Assembly (NCBI RefSeq): GCF_011386835.1
Contig: NC_088797.1
Location: 109,058,001-109,122,000, forward strand
Direction of reading: 5' to 3'
Length of the DNA: 64,000 nt
Origin: Chrysemys picta bellii
Lineage: Eukaryota
Positions within the stretch are counted from its first letter, which is position 1. Each line of letters opens with the position of its first letter. The notes below the pieces were generated by a model. The model saw only the letters and a list, made by a program, of their open reading frames with translations, made no database searches and was not told where the DNA came from. This document shows positions 51,001-62,779 of the stretch, in pieces. The translations under genes were made by a program, and so were the position numbers.

Positions 51001-52033
51001 CAGGGCTCCCCCAAGAGAATAGATGTCAAGTGAAGTTCTGTCATGAACAGGCTTGAGGTCTGAACACATGAGGTTGGAGACAGGTGTAATAAGGGTCTGT
51101 CTCTCAGGATTGCTGGCAAAAAGGTACCATTATTTCTTGACCTGTCACATTAATAGTCAGGGTTCTGAAGCCAAATATCCATCACATGATATGCTCAGTA
51201 TTCACAGTCTTCAGTGATTACTGTTGTGTTAAGGTGTTTTGGTGGAGGAATTTGCTCTCTGGAATTCCCTGCCCTATTACTCTGCTAGAGCTCAAATCAG
51301 TTAACTGCTGGAAACAGTTATAAAAATCAATTATTTCCATAAGCTATTGTCCAAGGATGTGTTATTGGAGGATTGGCGTTTGAGTTATCTCTAATTTATT
51401 CATTTTTCATTAACTATCTTCATTGAATTGTTTACCGAGACAAATGTGATAGTTGCATTTTTATCAATCACCAAACAAACGAATAAATACAATGAAAATG
51501 GTCTCAAACGTTTGCACTTTTATTGTTGCAGACTCAGATTTTTACATTGCCAAAGTTTTCTTTCCCCATTCATTCTGTGCAAAGAAAAATCAGATTTGTA
51601 TGTTTCAATGGCATTTGTACACAAATTGATAAGTTAGAGCTCTAGCTACTTGCTTTGTGCATGCAGTCTCAGTCTTCCCGCACAAATCTGGAGATGAAAA
51701 AGCTGTGCCTGCAAGAACAGAGATGTGAAAAGCTGCAAGTACAATTTTGGGCCCCGATTCTGCAACTTACTTTGCGCAAATGCAGGGCTCTGCCTGTGTG
51801 GAACACTTTGCAGGACTGGAGCCCTGGAAATAATACTTTAGTCTGACAGCCACTCTGGGTAATGTTTCTTTAGAGTGAATGCTTCCTTTTTTGCGTGGAT
51901 TCTGTATCTCAAACCATGTATTTTAACAATCTACCTGAGGACATGCTCACTGTTGAGCATTTTGAAATATCAATATTTCATCCCATTCTCAGCACCCCTG
52001 CCATAATCAGTAAAAGTCTGCATGATCTGGGGC

Positions 52034-52649
52034 TGTGATGGGTTGCTCTACTCATCTCATGTAAGGCGCCTCCTCCGGGCTGTTCTGGAGAATAGTTCAC
52101 AATGTCAATGACTCTCCCCACAGTTGCAAGTCATTGCTCCACCGCTAGCGCTTTGTTTGCGGCCCCTCTCTCACTCCAGGAGCTGCTGCAGCCTCTTCAT
52201 GACTCAGCTCTCTGGCTAGGGGGCTTCTAGGGAGGCAAGGGAGCAGGTAATCTTCCTATGCACTGCCCCACCAGTATCACTTCCCCATTGGTGGGTAGAG
52301 GAACCCACACCCACACTCTACTCCAGGTTCCAGCTCAGGGACCCTCTAGTCTGTTCTACCCAATACCTTCCGCGTTTCTGTGATCCCTTTCCCAATCTTC
52401 TATCTCTCCCTTCCTTCTCTGGGTCTGCCAGCTTCACTGCTTCCTCGAAACACACCTCTCTCCCTAGGGAGCAATTGTAGCCTTTCCCAGCAGCCCCATC
52501 TGTTGCCAGCTTCCTGGCTCATATAGACCCCACCTGTTCCTGCACAGGTGAGCTTCTTCTAACTAAGGCTTTCAGCCTAATAGATTAATTGGCCTAACTG
52601 GCCTTCATTAACCCCTTCAAGGTGAGTGTGGGGTGGATACCCCATCAAA
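52034..52649. mobile_element. Solo LTR
   Basis: TGTGATGGG / CCCATCAAA inverted termini; 5-bp TSD GGGGC (52029-52033, 52650-52654). Confidence 0.8.
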
Positions 52650-52835
52650 GGGGCATACAAAAGCAAGACAGAAGAGTTCTAATACATGAAATGCATGTAT
52701 TTAACATTTGCAATATCAAAAATAATAATACATATTTGAATAATGGGGGTATATGAGGAGGATTGTTGGGGATTTAGAATGGACCTAAATTTTCATTTGA
52801 TACCGTGACCACTCTTTTTGGTGTGGAAAATATTC

Positions 52836-52838
<3 letters not shown>

Positions 52839-52879
<41 letters not shown>
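52839..52879. repeat. (AC)n microsatellite
   Basis: Uninterrupted AC run. Confidence 0.99.
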
Positions 52880-52883
<4 letters not shown>

Positions 52884-52999
52884 TATAATTATAAACATAA
52901 TTTTAACCAAATACTTCCTTTTGGAATAATTAAAAATGATTATTAGTGTTCTCTCTCATTCAAACTACAGTTGTGTCCTAATACGAGTAATACAGGTCA

Positions 53000-54740
53000 C
53001 TATTTGTCATTGTTGTTTTCACCTGAAAATGCCAAAACTAATTTTGGTGGGTCATTGCAATACACCACACCTCCTGGGCATGCACTGTCTATGCTACATG
53101 TGCATTTAGTAGTGTTACATACACATCTCATAAGCTTATAAGATGTATCACCATCATAAAAGCACTAGATTAACGTCAGAATATCTGGAGCAGCAAGCCT
53201 GAAATTGTCTGGTATGGTTTCTGGAAACAGAGACTTGAACTGTCATCACACATCTATCCATTCTGCACTAGATCAAGTGGTAATGCATCAAAATCCAAAG
53301 CACTTTCTCACACACATGTCTGACGATGTGTGTTTTACATTTCCTATAAATGTGTCAGTTGTTGGTGATAAGGAACTGAGCTTTGGTGTTCTGGTACAAT
53401 GTTCTAGTGTTGCTTTGCAGTAGCATGGATGTCTATTACAGCTCTCTCTTGGATGGAGATTCCATAATCATTACAGACGTTAGGACCTGTTCAAGGTAAT
53501 GGGTGCAAGAATAAGACAAATATGTCAGTGTCATCTGATAATATTGATATTCCCACTGGTGTATCTTTTGCAATTATCCCCATATGTTGTACAAAGATGT
53601 CAGCTTCCTCATGCAAGGTGGCCATATCTTCTTTGTTGATCACCTTACCATCCTGGTTTATTTGAGCTGGGATGTGGTCTCGGTCTTTGATGACTAGCTT
53701 GTGCTTTAGTGTGTGTTGATGGTGAAACTTCATGTCTTGAATTAGTTCTACATGAATGCCAAGCAACTGTTTCTGATTTTCAAGACAACTTTTTGTTGAG
53801 GTAGCTGTGTACTTCTACTCAGCTGATGCACTCCGCTTGATTCTGTAGCTCTGCTAGATCTTGTGACACTCTGTATGCTGAAGTCTTTATACCTGTCAAA
53901 GACCAGGTATACATCAGGTATATACCTGCTGCTAACTTGTGTTCAATGTAGACTCTGAAATTGGTCACAGAGATCTTGATGATAGCACTTGCTGACCAGT
54001 ATACTCCCCAAAGAACTGTGGAACCATCAACAACTGTTCAGAAGACACCTTTAAAGTATATTTAGCTGACAACTCTGTCTGTTGCTGCTTTTTTAGGTTA
54101 GACTTACCCTTGGCAATCCTCATGTCACCAGAGTCAGTGGACATTGACTTTGGTACAGGAGCTAACTCTTGTGACAAAATATTATTGATGTCAACCTCTT
54201 GCGAACTTGCTTGTAGGCCTATCACTCTTTAATAGATAACAATAGTGTCAAATAACTTTCGACCAATCTGTACATGCTTTTCTGTCACCGCCAGTGTCTC
54301 TACTGTCCTTGGCATTGTGTCATAGAACCATGTGGGCCACCTATGTTCAAATTCTTGCATTTGGTGAATTCCAATTATAAGTGCATTGTCTACATTGATG
54401 ATGGTGCCACTCTACCTCTGACAACATTTACTATTGCTTTTGAGTGCTTAGTGGGCTCTAAGAAGGTCAATGCACAGCTCTAGCTTCTTATTAACGGTCT
54501 CTCTGCCCCTTGTAGCTGCAGCAATCCTTGACTTCTTTTCTTCTTTGTGGATCTTTTGTATTTGTGCCTCATTGGTGTCATTTATGTTTGCAGTGTATTC
54601 CACCAGCCAGCTGCATGTGCTGAGGCTAACAGCCCAAGACCTGACAGTCTCTGGTCTTAGGGTGATCCAATGATGGCCCCAGTCAGACCTCATGAAGGTG
54701 ATTTCAATTTACATGTTACTCCAGAAGCATTAAAAAAGAA
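53000..54740 (-). pseudogene. AcademX-like DNA transposon ORF relic: transposase C-terminal region, XPG/PIN-type nuclease, C-terminal Cys-rich finger
   Basis: Ordered motifs across frameshifts: WSNM*IEITFMR, ITLRPETVRSWAVS, HKEEKKSRI, SQELAPVPKSM.TDSGDMR, VVDGSTVLW, VYLVFDRY, HEEADI, SDDTDIFVLFLH, LSSLSPTTDTF..NVK, LAAPDILTLI*C, RCVCN..CTCS...AC..CND; stop TAG at 53000-53002. Confidence 0.75.
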
Positions 54741-55299
54741 AAGGTGAAGGAAGAAAACAGCTGACAGTGTGTTTGGTTTATAATCTGTTAATGTCTATAA
54801 TCGTCCAGTGTTTGAAAATTAATTCACAAGTGAATATGTATGAATTGCCTTTTAAAAAACTGTTTTGGATATGATTGGCACTTTTGGGATGCTGATTGCC
54901 ATTTAATTTCCACACCGTGAATATTTTATCAACTTGATAAAAGTGGCCAGTCTGTTGCAACAAAGTAGCATGAATTTATAGGAGTTTCAATACTGAGGAC
55001 TTTGATGAGAACAGTAACTGTATAAACGCAAAAGAGAAAATGGTAAACATCTTAAACAGATCAAAATATTAATGGTGTGGAAATTAATTAGCAGCCAGCA
55101 TCCCCAAAGTGCCAATAATATGGGGGAAAATTTTTTAAAAGGCAAATCATACCCAGCTGCAGGGTTGTGTGTTTTTTTAAAGCCAAAATCAAGCAAAACT
55201 CACTGTGACTAAACTAATCCAAATATGAATTAACAAATACATGACTTATTCCAGTCCTTAGCAATAACTGTATATAGCGTATTTATTTTATAAAGCACT

Positions 55300-55500
55300 T
55301 TACAAATATCACTAGTTAGCTTTTCACAGAATAATATTTCCTTACCTCAGAGTGTGTTATCACCCTTTTTACACAGGGAGAAACAGAGAGAGAGATGAAA
55401 TGAATTGTACAAGTCACAGAGGGAGTTAGTATTAGAACTGATATTAGAAGCCTGAAGTTACTGGCTCCAATTACTGTGCCTGGATCAAAAGGTCACAGCT
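55300..55500 (-). mobile_element. MIR-like SINE relic
   Basis: ttatcaccctttttacacagggagaaacagagag..aagtcacagaggg. Confidence 0.55.
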
Positions 55501-56912
55501 CTGTCTAATGACTCCCTTCATGTTTTTAACCACTGATAGCATTTTGTAATTTGTTTATTTGTGCCACACTGTAAGTGGGTGAGGTGTTTTACAAATAGAA
55601 GACACGGTCCCTGATTCAAAACAATTGATAACTGGACATAATATGAGAATGGGTCAAAGTGCCTCTCAGCCTGGAAACTGGAAAAGAACATTCTAATAAA
55701 ATTGCTGCTTCTTTTCTTTTCTGAGTTCACTTAGTGAGCCCTCAGGGAGAAGGCCAAAATAAGCTTCTGTTTACTGTGAGCTGAATAGAATGGCCAGGTG
55801 CTAAATATATGCCAAATGGCCCTGATTGTGCCCAAATCTGTGCATGGATCTTCACTTTCCTGTATACTTGGTCAGTAACCTCCATGGTATCTCCCCTGGG
55901 TGAGAGATCCATCTGTGTGTGGGCTGGGGACAAATTGGGAAGTTTACTACACACCTGACTGTACTCCTTGTGAGCATCACAGGAAATCTGCTAAAAATTT
56001 AATACAACAGAAAGTTGTTTGACTTTTCCATACAACCTTTCCATGCCGAGGAACCTCGATAGATGGACCTGGTTGATTTCCTAGATACTGTGAGGGGACT
56101 AGCGTGGAGATTTCCCCTCTTGTGGCCCCTTCTAAAGGTTTTCTTATGGGCAACAGGTGCTCTGGCCCCAAATATCCTGGTGCTCAAAGGATTTGTTGCA
56201 TTTCGCCTGGACTGAGCTGTTCTGAATTACTACTACCAAAAAAAAAAACCCAACACCTTAAATTCCTCCATTGTTGCCAGCATTTATCACCTTTTCATAA
56301 ACAAGAACATTTAAAGTGTTATAAAACCAAATGTTTATGAATTACATACTTGCCCCAACCCAGTTTTTTCAGACATGTTTGAAATAGCTACAAAACACAA
56401 CAACCCCTGCATACAGTAACACGCATGTCAAATGTATATCTGCTAAAGTTATCAAATGTAATACTATGTTTTGTCTCCAGAGGGCCATCTTTAACCACTG
56501 AAGAAGTATCAGAGCGGGTTGAAGTTTTAATCCCCTTCTTTCAGCACTTACCTTTTACCACAAATTCCAATTTATGCATCATCATCAATGGGTTACTATT
56601 GCTGTATGAATTAGCGATTGTTATGAGCCAGAAGCAAATGTCCTTTGGAAGGAGACTATTTTCTGTACTGTAATCTTTTGTTTATATGATCTTATACAAG
56701 TGAATCAACAATGCAAAAGTGATGGTTAATATTAAATCCTACTGGCATTTAGGCTCAGAGCAATGGAAAATATTGGGTTTAAGTCAGCTTTAACAGCTGA
56801 ATGTTTCCACAGTCATCTACTTCTGAAGGATAGCAGCCATTCTGATATATATTTTACTGTGTAAAAGAACTAATTTATTTTAGTAATCTAAATACAAGAA
56901 CTCAGGATACTA

Positions 56913-57057
56913 NNNNNNNNNNNNNNNNNNNNNNNNNNNNNNNNNNNNNNNNNNNNNNNNNNNNNNNNNNNNNNNNNNNNNNNNNNNNNNNNNNNNNNNN
57001 NNNNNNNNNNNNNNNNNNNNNNNNNNNNNNNNNNNNNNNNNNNNNNNNNNNNNNNNN
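56913..57057. other. Assembly gap (145 N)
   Basis: N run. Confidence 1.
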
Positions 57058-57211
57058 AGGAAGAGAGTTACGATTGAAAATTCAACCTTAACTCTGTCTG
57101 TGTAATTATGCCTTAAAAGCAATGCCTTTATTAATTATATTATATTAATTATATATTATATTATTTGTCAACTGGCAATATATAAATAGATAGCAAATGG
57201 AATTTTCTTAC

Positions 57212-57328
57212 CTTACATTTAGTGAGTTTGCAATATAGTATATATGGTCTTCGGTTCGCTGGACTTTTCAATCTTAGATTGCTTAGATTTTTCAGTTGCT
57301 CATAACTATCTAATGTATTTATTTTGAT
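57212..57328 (-). CDS. Candidate coding exon (117 nt, phase 0-0)
   Basis: gaaactttcag| ... TGTAAG|gtaaga; open frame IKINTLDSYEQLKNLSNLRLKSPANRRPYILYCKLTKCK; no recognised homologue. Confidence 0.35.
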
Positions 57329-59694
57329 CTGAAAGTTTCCAGAGGTGATTTTTTAAAATGTGTGAGCAAACATTAAAAATAAAAACAAAACAAATGCCAC
57401 CTTTAGATATATTCAAATGGGGAAATTTTCTCTTTAAACAACTTTTGTTCAAATTTGTTTTGTTCAAAGTTAATGATATTGAAGGAACAAACCTAGGTGT
57501 TTGGGTTTTTTTAAATGAATTCGGTAGTTTTAAAATTATGAAGATAAAGGCAGGAAGTTGAAACTTTTTATAATTTGCAGCAAACTCTACTGTTGTGCAC
57601 CTCCATATTACTAAAGCAATAAACTGAATGGAAATCAAAACCAAAAAAAACAAACAAGCAAACAAATAAACCAACAACACCACAACCAACAGCAACTACC
57701 TAATCCTACTGCACATGTGAAAAAATGTAATTGTTCATAACTTCAAAAACTATTTGAATAGGCCCATTGAAATATACCAAATAAGCCACATTTGAGCAAA
57801 ATCTCTTTGGTGGTTGTTAATTATGGTATGCTATGGTAATGCTGGTTACTATCTTCCTACCTTTTTATTAAGAATACATTCTAGTATGGAGTGATATAAA
57901 AGTATGGACATGCATTTAGAATATCCACATTGTTGACAAGTAGCAAAGCCAGGAGTAAATTATGCCCGTCATCTCAAATTGGTGCCATGTACATATATAC
58001 TATGGCCCAGATCTTGCAGCTGAATTCAGTTGCTTGGACACCTGAACCTAGGCAGGGCCCTGGACTTCAAGCTCAGGGACCTGCCCTAGCAGATCCCATT
58101 GCAAAGTCAGGGCCTATATAACTATTTTTATTCTTAGAAATTTGTGAGTGAAGTTAGTGTTCATGAAAGTGAGGGCTAATTGCTGGAGTTAGGAATCCCG
58201 AGAGTATGCAGTTTTCTTCACAAAGTTCTGCTGATCACTCTTATCCCTAATATGCAACATGCATGATGCAGTCCTAGATTTCTATTGAGCAGAGCTTCTC
58301 AATACCCACCATACTCAATATGTTTCCCTTTGCGAAGTGAATAAGGGCTCGATCCTGCAATGTGCTGAGCACTCTGGCTTCAATCTGGCAAAGCATCCAA
58401 GCACATGCTTAACTTTACACATGACAAGTCCCTTTGACCTTGGAGGATCAAACCATAAGTGAGAATCAGGATAAAACTCACTTTCACTCATTCCTTTTGG
58501 TACAATTTAATCTCAGGTTTGTGAATGCCAAAGTCTCATGTCCCCCAACCTCTCTACAACTGAGCCAACTCTACAGTAATTTACAACTGCATAAGCAAGT
58601 TGATTTATATGCAACATTCATTAAGGTAACACACAAACAATTACATATCATTTAAACAAGTACCATCAACAGGACAATTTATAATGGGTAAAAAAAAAAG
58701 ATAGCATTTATTAAGCTGCTCTGCTAAAATATATTAGAATAATCAAATACATTTCCTGGCTTAACTGAGCATAGGATAGTATATGATTTCTCCAAGCACT
58801 GTCACCAGCCTTAAAAATAGGTGATGGAATCCATATCAGTAAGAAGCATCTTCAAAGAGGATTAAAGGGTTCAGAATTTTTTGTTTGAGGCAATAATATA
58901 TTGAATTCTTTTGGAGTAATTAAACTTGACAATGATCCAGCTTTTTTTTTTTTTTTTGGTACAATGCTTCTTACAATTTATAGCTAATTGGCAGGTGAGC
59001 AAGATAAGTAGCACTGATCGCCACTTGATGCTATTCCTGCCTAAGGGAGCAAGGAGAAGCCTGTCATACAGGAAGAGGCTGTTCAAATATACATGGAAGA
59101 TGAGCATAATGAATTTTCACCTGAGGAGAGAATGCAAGTGACTTAACGTCCTACCTGAAATCAGATCTTGGTGTTTCAGGAAATTTCTTATTGAGAGAAG
59201 ATGACAATAAAGCTTCTTTGCAGCAACCTGAGCACTATAAAGCCTGTAGGTTGTGTTGCTTCTTGGTTGAAATTACAGAATCAGGCCATTTAGCTTGCAT
59301 TCAGACTTCACTAATCCCTGTGAAGATTGACCCCCCATATGCTGTTAGTTGGCTGCACCGACAGACTTCCTGCCCCTTCCCTGCTTGCCCTTTCCAACCA
59401 AAACAGCAACAAACCCCCCTTTGCATAAAAGAGAATTTTCTCTCAGCTTCTATCAAATTTCTTTTGGTAAGTTGTGACACTTTTGGGGTTGCCTAAGGGG
59501 AATGGGGTGAATCACTACCACCTACTTATAGCATGGGGGAACCTTGTCTTTACTCGCTGGGGGCAATGCATCCAAAACTCCCAGCTGCTGGCAACACAAG
59601 CCCCACTTTGGGCTCTGCAAGCTCTGCTCTTTCCCTCTGCAAGCCAGCAATTTGCACACCGCACTCCCTAGGCTTCCCAAGTGACTCCTTGGGG

Positions 59695-60261
59695 CAGGGG
59701 TGAAAGTAACTTAAAGGACCTCCTGAGGTCCCTTCTAACCCTGATATTCTATGATTCTATGATTTACTGGTACTCCGGAGTTCTGAGAGGGGGCGTGGCC
59801 TCAACCAAAAGAGGCAGGGCCTTTAAATCAAGATTTAAAGGCCCCGCTCTGGCTGCAGCTGGGAGCCCTGGGGCCTTTAAATTACCTCCGGAGCTCCCAG
59901 CTGCAGAGGCTGCTGGGAGCCCCGGGGCTAAGGGGCGATTTAAAGGGCCCGGGGCTCAGACCACCGCTACTGCAGTGGAGCTCTGGGCCCTTTAAATTGC
60001 CAACAGAGCCCTGCCGTCGCTACCCCGGGGCTCCGGCAGCCGGGCTCAGGCGGCGCTTTAAAGGGCCGTCGCTACCCCTGCAGTGGCAGGAGCCCCGGGC
60101 CCTTTAAAGTGCCTCCCGAGCCCAGTTGCCTGAGCCCAGGGGTAGGCGGCAGGGCTTGGGCAGCACTTTAAAGGGCTCCCCGCAGTGGCTGGAGCCCCGG
60201 GCCCTTTAAAGCACCAGCTGGGGAAGCCGGTCTGGTCCGGCATGGCTTACTGTCACCTCTG
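59695..60261. mobile_element. GC-rich hAT MITE with internal inverted-repeat array
   Basis: CAGGGGTGAAAGTAA / TTACTGTCACCTCTG TIR; perfect TSD CCTTGGGG. Confidence 0.92.
59716..59764 (+). mobile_element. SINE/CR1 3' tail inserted in the MITE
   Basis: ggacctcctgaggtcccttctaaccctgatattctatgattctatgatt. Confidence 0.8.
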
Positions 60262-61643
60262 CCTTGGGGCAGAGCAGAGACCATCCATTGCTAAATCTAT
60301 GGAAATAGCTATCCCCCAGAGTTCAGCTCTGTCCCCCAGACACAGTTCCCTCCAATCTGCGTGCATCCCACTTTGCTACACTTCAATGCCCAATCCTTGA
60401 CTTCTCGGCATGTGCAATGCCTCTATGGATGCAGTGCCCCCAGTTCGCTAGCTTCATCTCAGACTCTCCTTAGCACACAGCATTTAGTCATTTTTGTAGT
60501 AAAATCAAATACAAGTTTATTGGATGATGATAGCCCAGTTGGGAGAGCTAGGAGCCACTTTTCATGAGATACACAGTAGAGTACTACCTCCATAACAGAT
60601 ACTGTCTTGTGCCCTTCTTTTTCCTTTTACATAGATTCAGATCTTTCTTCTCTTTTCATAACCAGGGTGTTTTGTTAACTTCAGTTTGCCCCAATGGTCC
60701 CCCACTCAAGGTCTTTTTCTTATGCTCTCTTGTGCTTTGTAAAGACCCAAGCCTGAACTTTGTCTAGATTGTAAACACTGGGCTGGGCTGGGTTGGGTCA
60801 AAAAATGTCAATTGTTCTCTTTTGATTGAGTAGCTCTGAGAACCCCCAGGATGCCTCATCCCCTTCCCCATCCCAATCCCACCTCCCCAGCTGATCAGTT
60901 TCAACTCCAGCAGCTTTGAAACACAATATTCTACATGTTATATAACTCTTAAAACATTTTCTATGCATACCTTCTGAAATAACCCTGACAACCAGAGAGT
61001 TTTTAGCTTTCACCAGAGGCCACACATGGCCCCCTTCAGTGAAATATCATGAAGATGGTGATCACAGGGGAAAACGCCCATATGGACATGTCTAGTCAAG
61101 TCCCTGGGTATAGACTCATAAATATTTACCTCCTCTCTGTTGCCACCATGTGGTGCCTGGGTTACAGAGGTTACATTCAATCTTGTTAAGAGAAAATGTG
61201 GGTTATGAAAGATTATTGCTATTATAGTAACCCCAATTAAAATTGGAGCCTATTTCAATGGGTGCTACACAGCCACATAGCAAGTATTCTTCCTGAAAGA
61301 GCTTCCAATTTAAATAGTCAAATGATGGAAGTAACAGTAACTTACCTTACCAGAGAATAGAACTTAGCTTTCTTGACTCATAGTCTAGTGCCTTATCCAC
61401 TGGACTACATTACCTCACTGAAATTATTTACTGTTCTATAATGATGAATCTAAAAACACTAAAAAAAAAGAACATACAAAGCAGAGATATGGTACATGAC
61501 TCTCCTCCAGCCTTATTTTCACAGATATATATACACACACTCTGACCCAGCTGGGTGCCTGCCTCCTCCAGGCATATAATCATAATACCAATGTGATAGA
61601 GCAGTCCATTACAGAAAGCATGGAAGCCCAGTGGGTTGGTTTA

Positions 61644-62320
61644 TGTAATGATTAAGGGTAATGTATGTTATTGTTATTCAAACTCTTTAATAGCTCCACA
61701 GGAGAAATAGGAATGTAGAACCCAACTGCAGGGTTGGTTTCTTCTTCCCTCCTGATTGCAGTTACCTTGAGGGAATTTTAGGAGTTTTTACCATGAGATA
61801 ATGTGCTGATAGAGTTTTCTTTGGAGTTAGGAAAGGCAGCATTGTTTGCAGCTGAGTTGGAGACTCCCATTGGGTGAGGTGGTGGAGGTTGATTGGTCAG
61901 AACCCCTGAGGGTGGGGTTAATGGACTACAAAGCTGGTCCCTAGGTTTGAGGTGCTCACTCTTGTTTGGGAGTTCAGTCTAGCTATGCTTTCTCTAGTTC
62001 TGTACCTCTCATTCCAGCTTAGGGGTTTAGTATGATATAGGAAGTCATTTTAAGACAGGAGTAGGCTATAGATCAGAGGCTTTCTCTAGCTTGGCATTCT
62101 GGGATCACTCAGAAGCTTCTTCCTTGACTTTTCATTTGCAATTTGGGAGCTTAGGTGAGCTCAGTAGTTTAGTCTAGTTTTAGTGCCTACTCCAGACCTG
62201 AGAGCTCATTCCAGTTTTAGAAGCTTAGTTGGGGTTAAAAAAATTAAACTCGGATTAAAATTTATAGCTAGTAGATTTCAGTTAAGGGCTTCTGTTCTGT
62301 GGCTGGAGCTTATAACCCAC
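61644..62320. mobile_element. Possible old solo LTR
   Basis: TGTAATG start, ACCCACA end, non-coding; TSD not seen. Confidence 0.3.
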
Positions 62321-62339
62321 AATGTAGCATGATTAATAA

Positions 62340-62570
62340 TAAAATTCTTAGTTCCTCTATAGGGGTCTATATCTTTAGCACTTTACATACCTCCTCACAA
62401 CCCCCCTGTGAAATAGGAGTGTTAACCCCATTTTTCAGATGGTGAAACTGAGATACAGAAAGATTAAATGACTTGTCCATGGATCTACAGAAAATCAGTG
62501 ATGAAGCTAAGATTAGAATTCAGTAGACTTTAGGTACTGACCCTGTGCTCATATCTCAGATCCACAGCCC
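62340..62570 (-). mobile_element. MIR/CORE-type SINE relic
   Basis: cccatttttcagatggtgaaactgagatacagaaagattaaatgacttgtcc. Confidence 0.7.
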
Positions 62571-62779
62571 TGTGGAAACTGCAATCAGATGAAAACAGTA
62601 TGTCTGGAGGGACTGTAATAACTTAAACTTCAGACACCCTCAAGAAAATGCTCTGGATTTTGAAAAACTTCAGTAAAAAATGCTATAAAATGTTAAAATG
62701 GACTCCATGCAAACTCACAGTACTGATGCTATAGGAATGATATAGCAGTTGTCATAGGTACCTGGGTGTGATGTATTTA

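Larger units (their letters stand above)
59473..61066. mobile_element. LTR-like element interrupted by a hAT MITE
   Basis: TGTGACA start; sequence rejoins across the CCTTGGGG TSD; ATCACA near 61066; no TSD confirmed. Confidence 0.45.

Noticed and set aside
14449-56673. Plus-strand gene built from exon-like pieces (14449, ~15900, 20054, 26330-26513, 44491, 45095, 49339, 51531, 56481)
   Set aside because: Individually plausible splice sites, but phases do not chain consistently and the peptides are unrecognised; expected by chance in 64 kb
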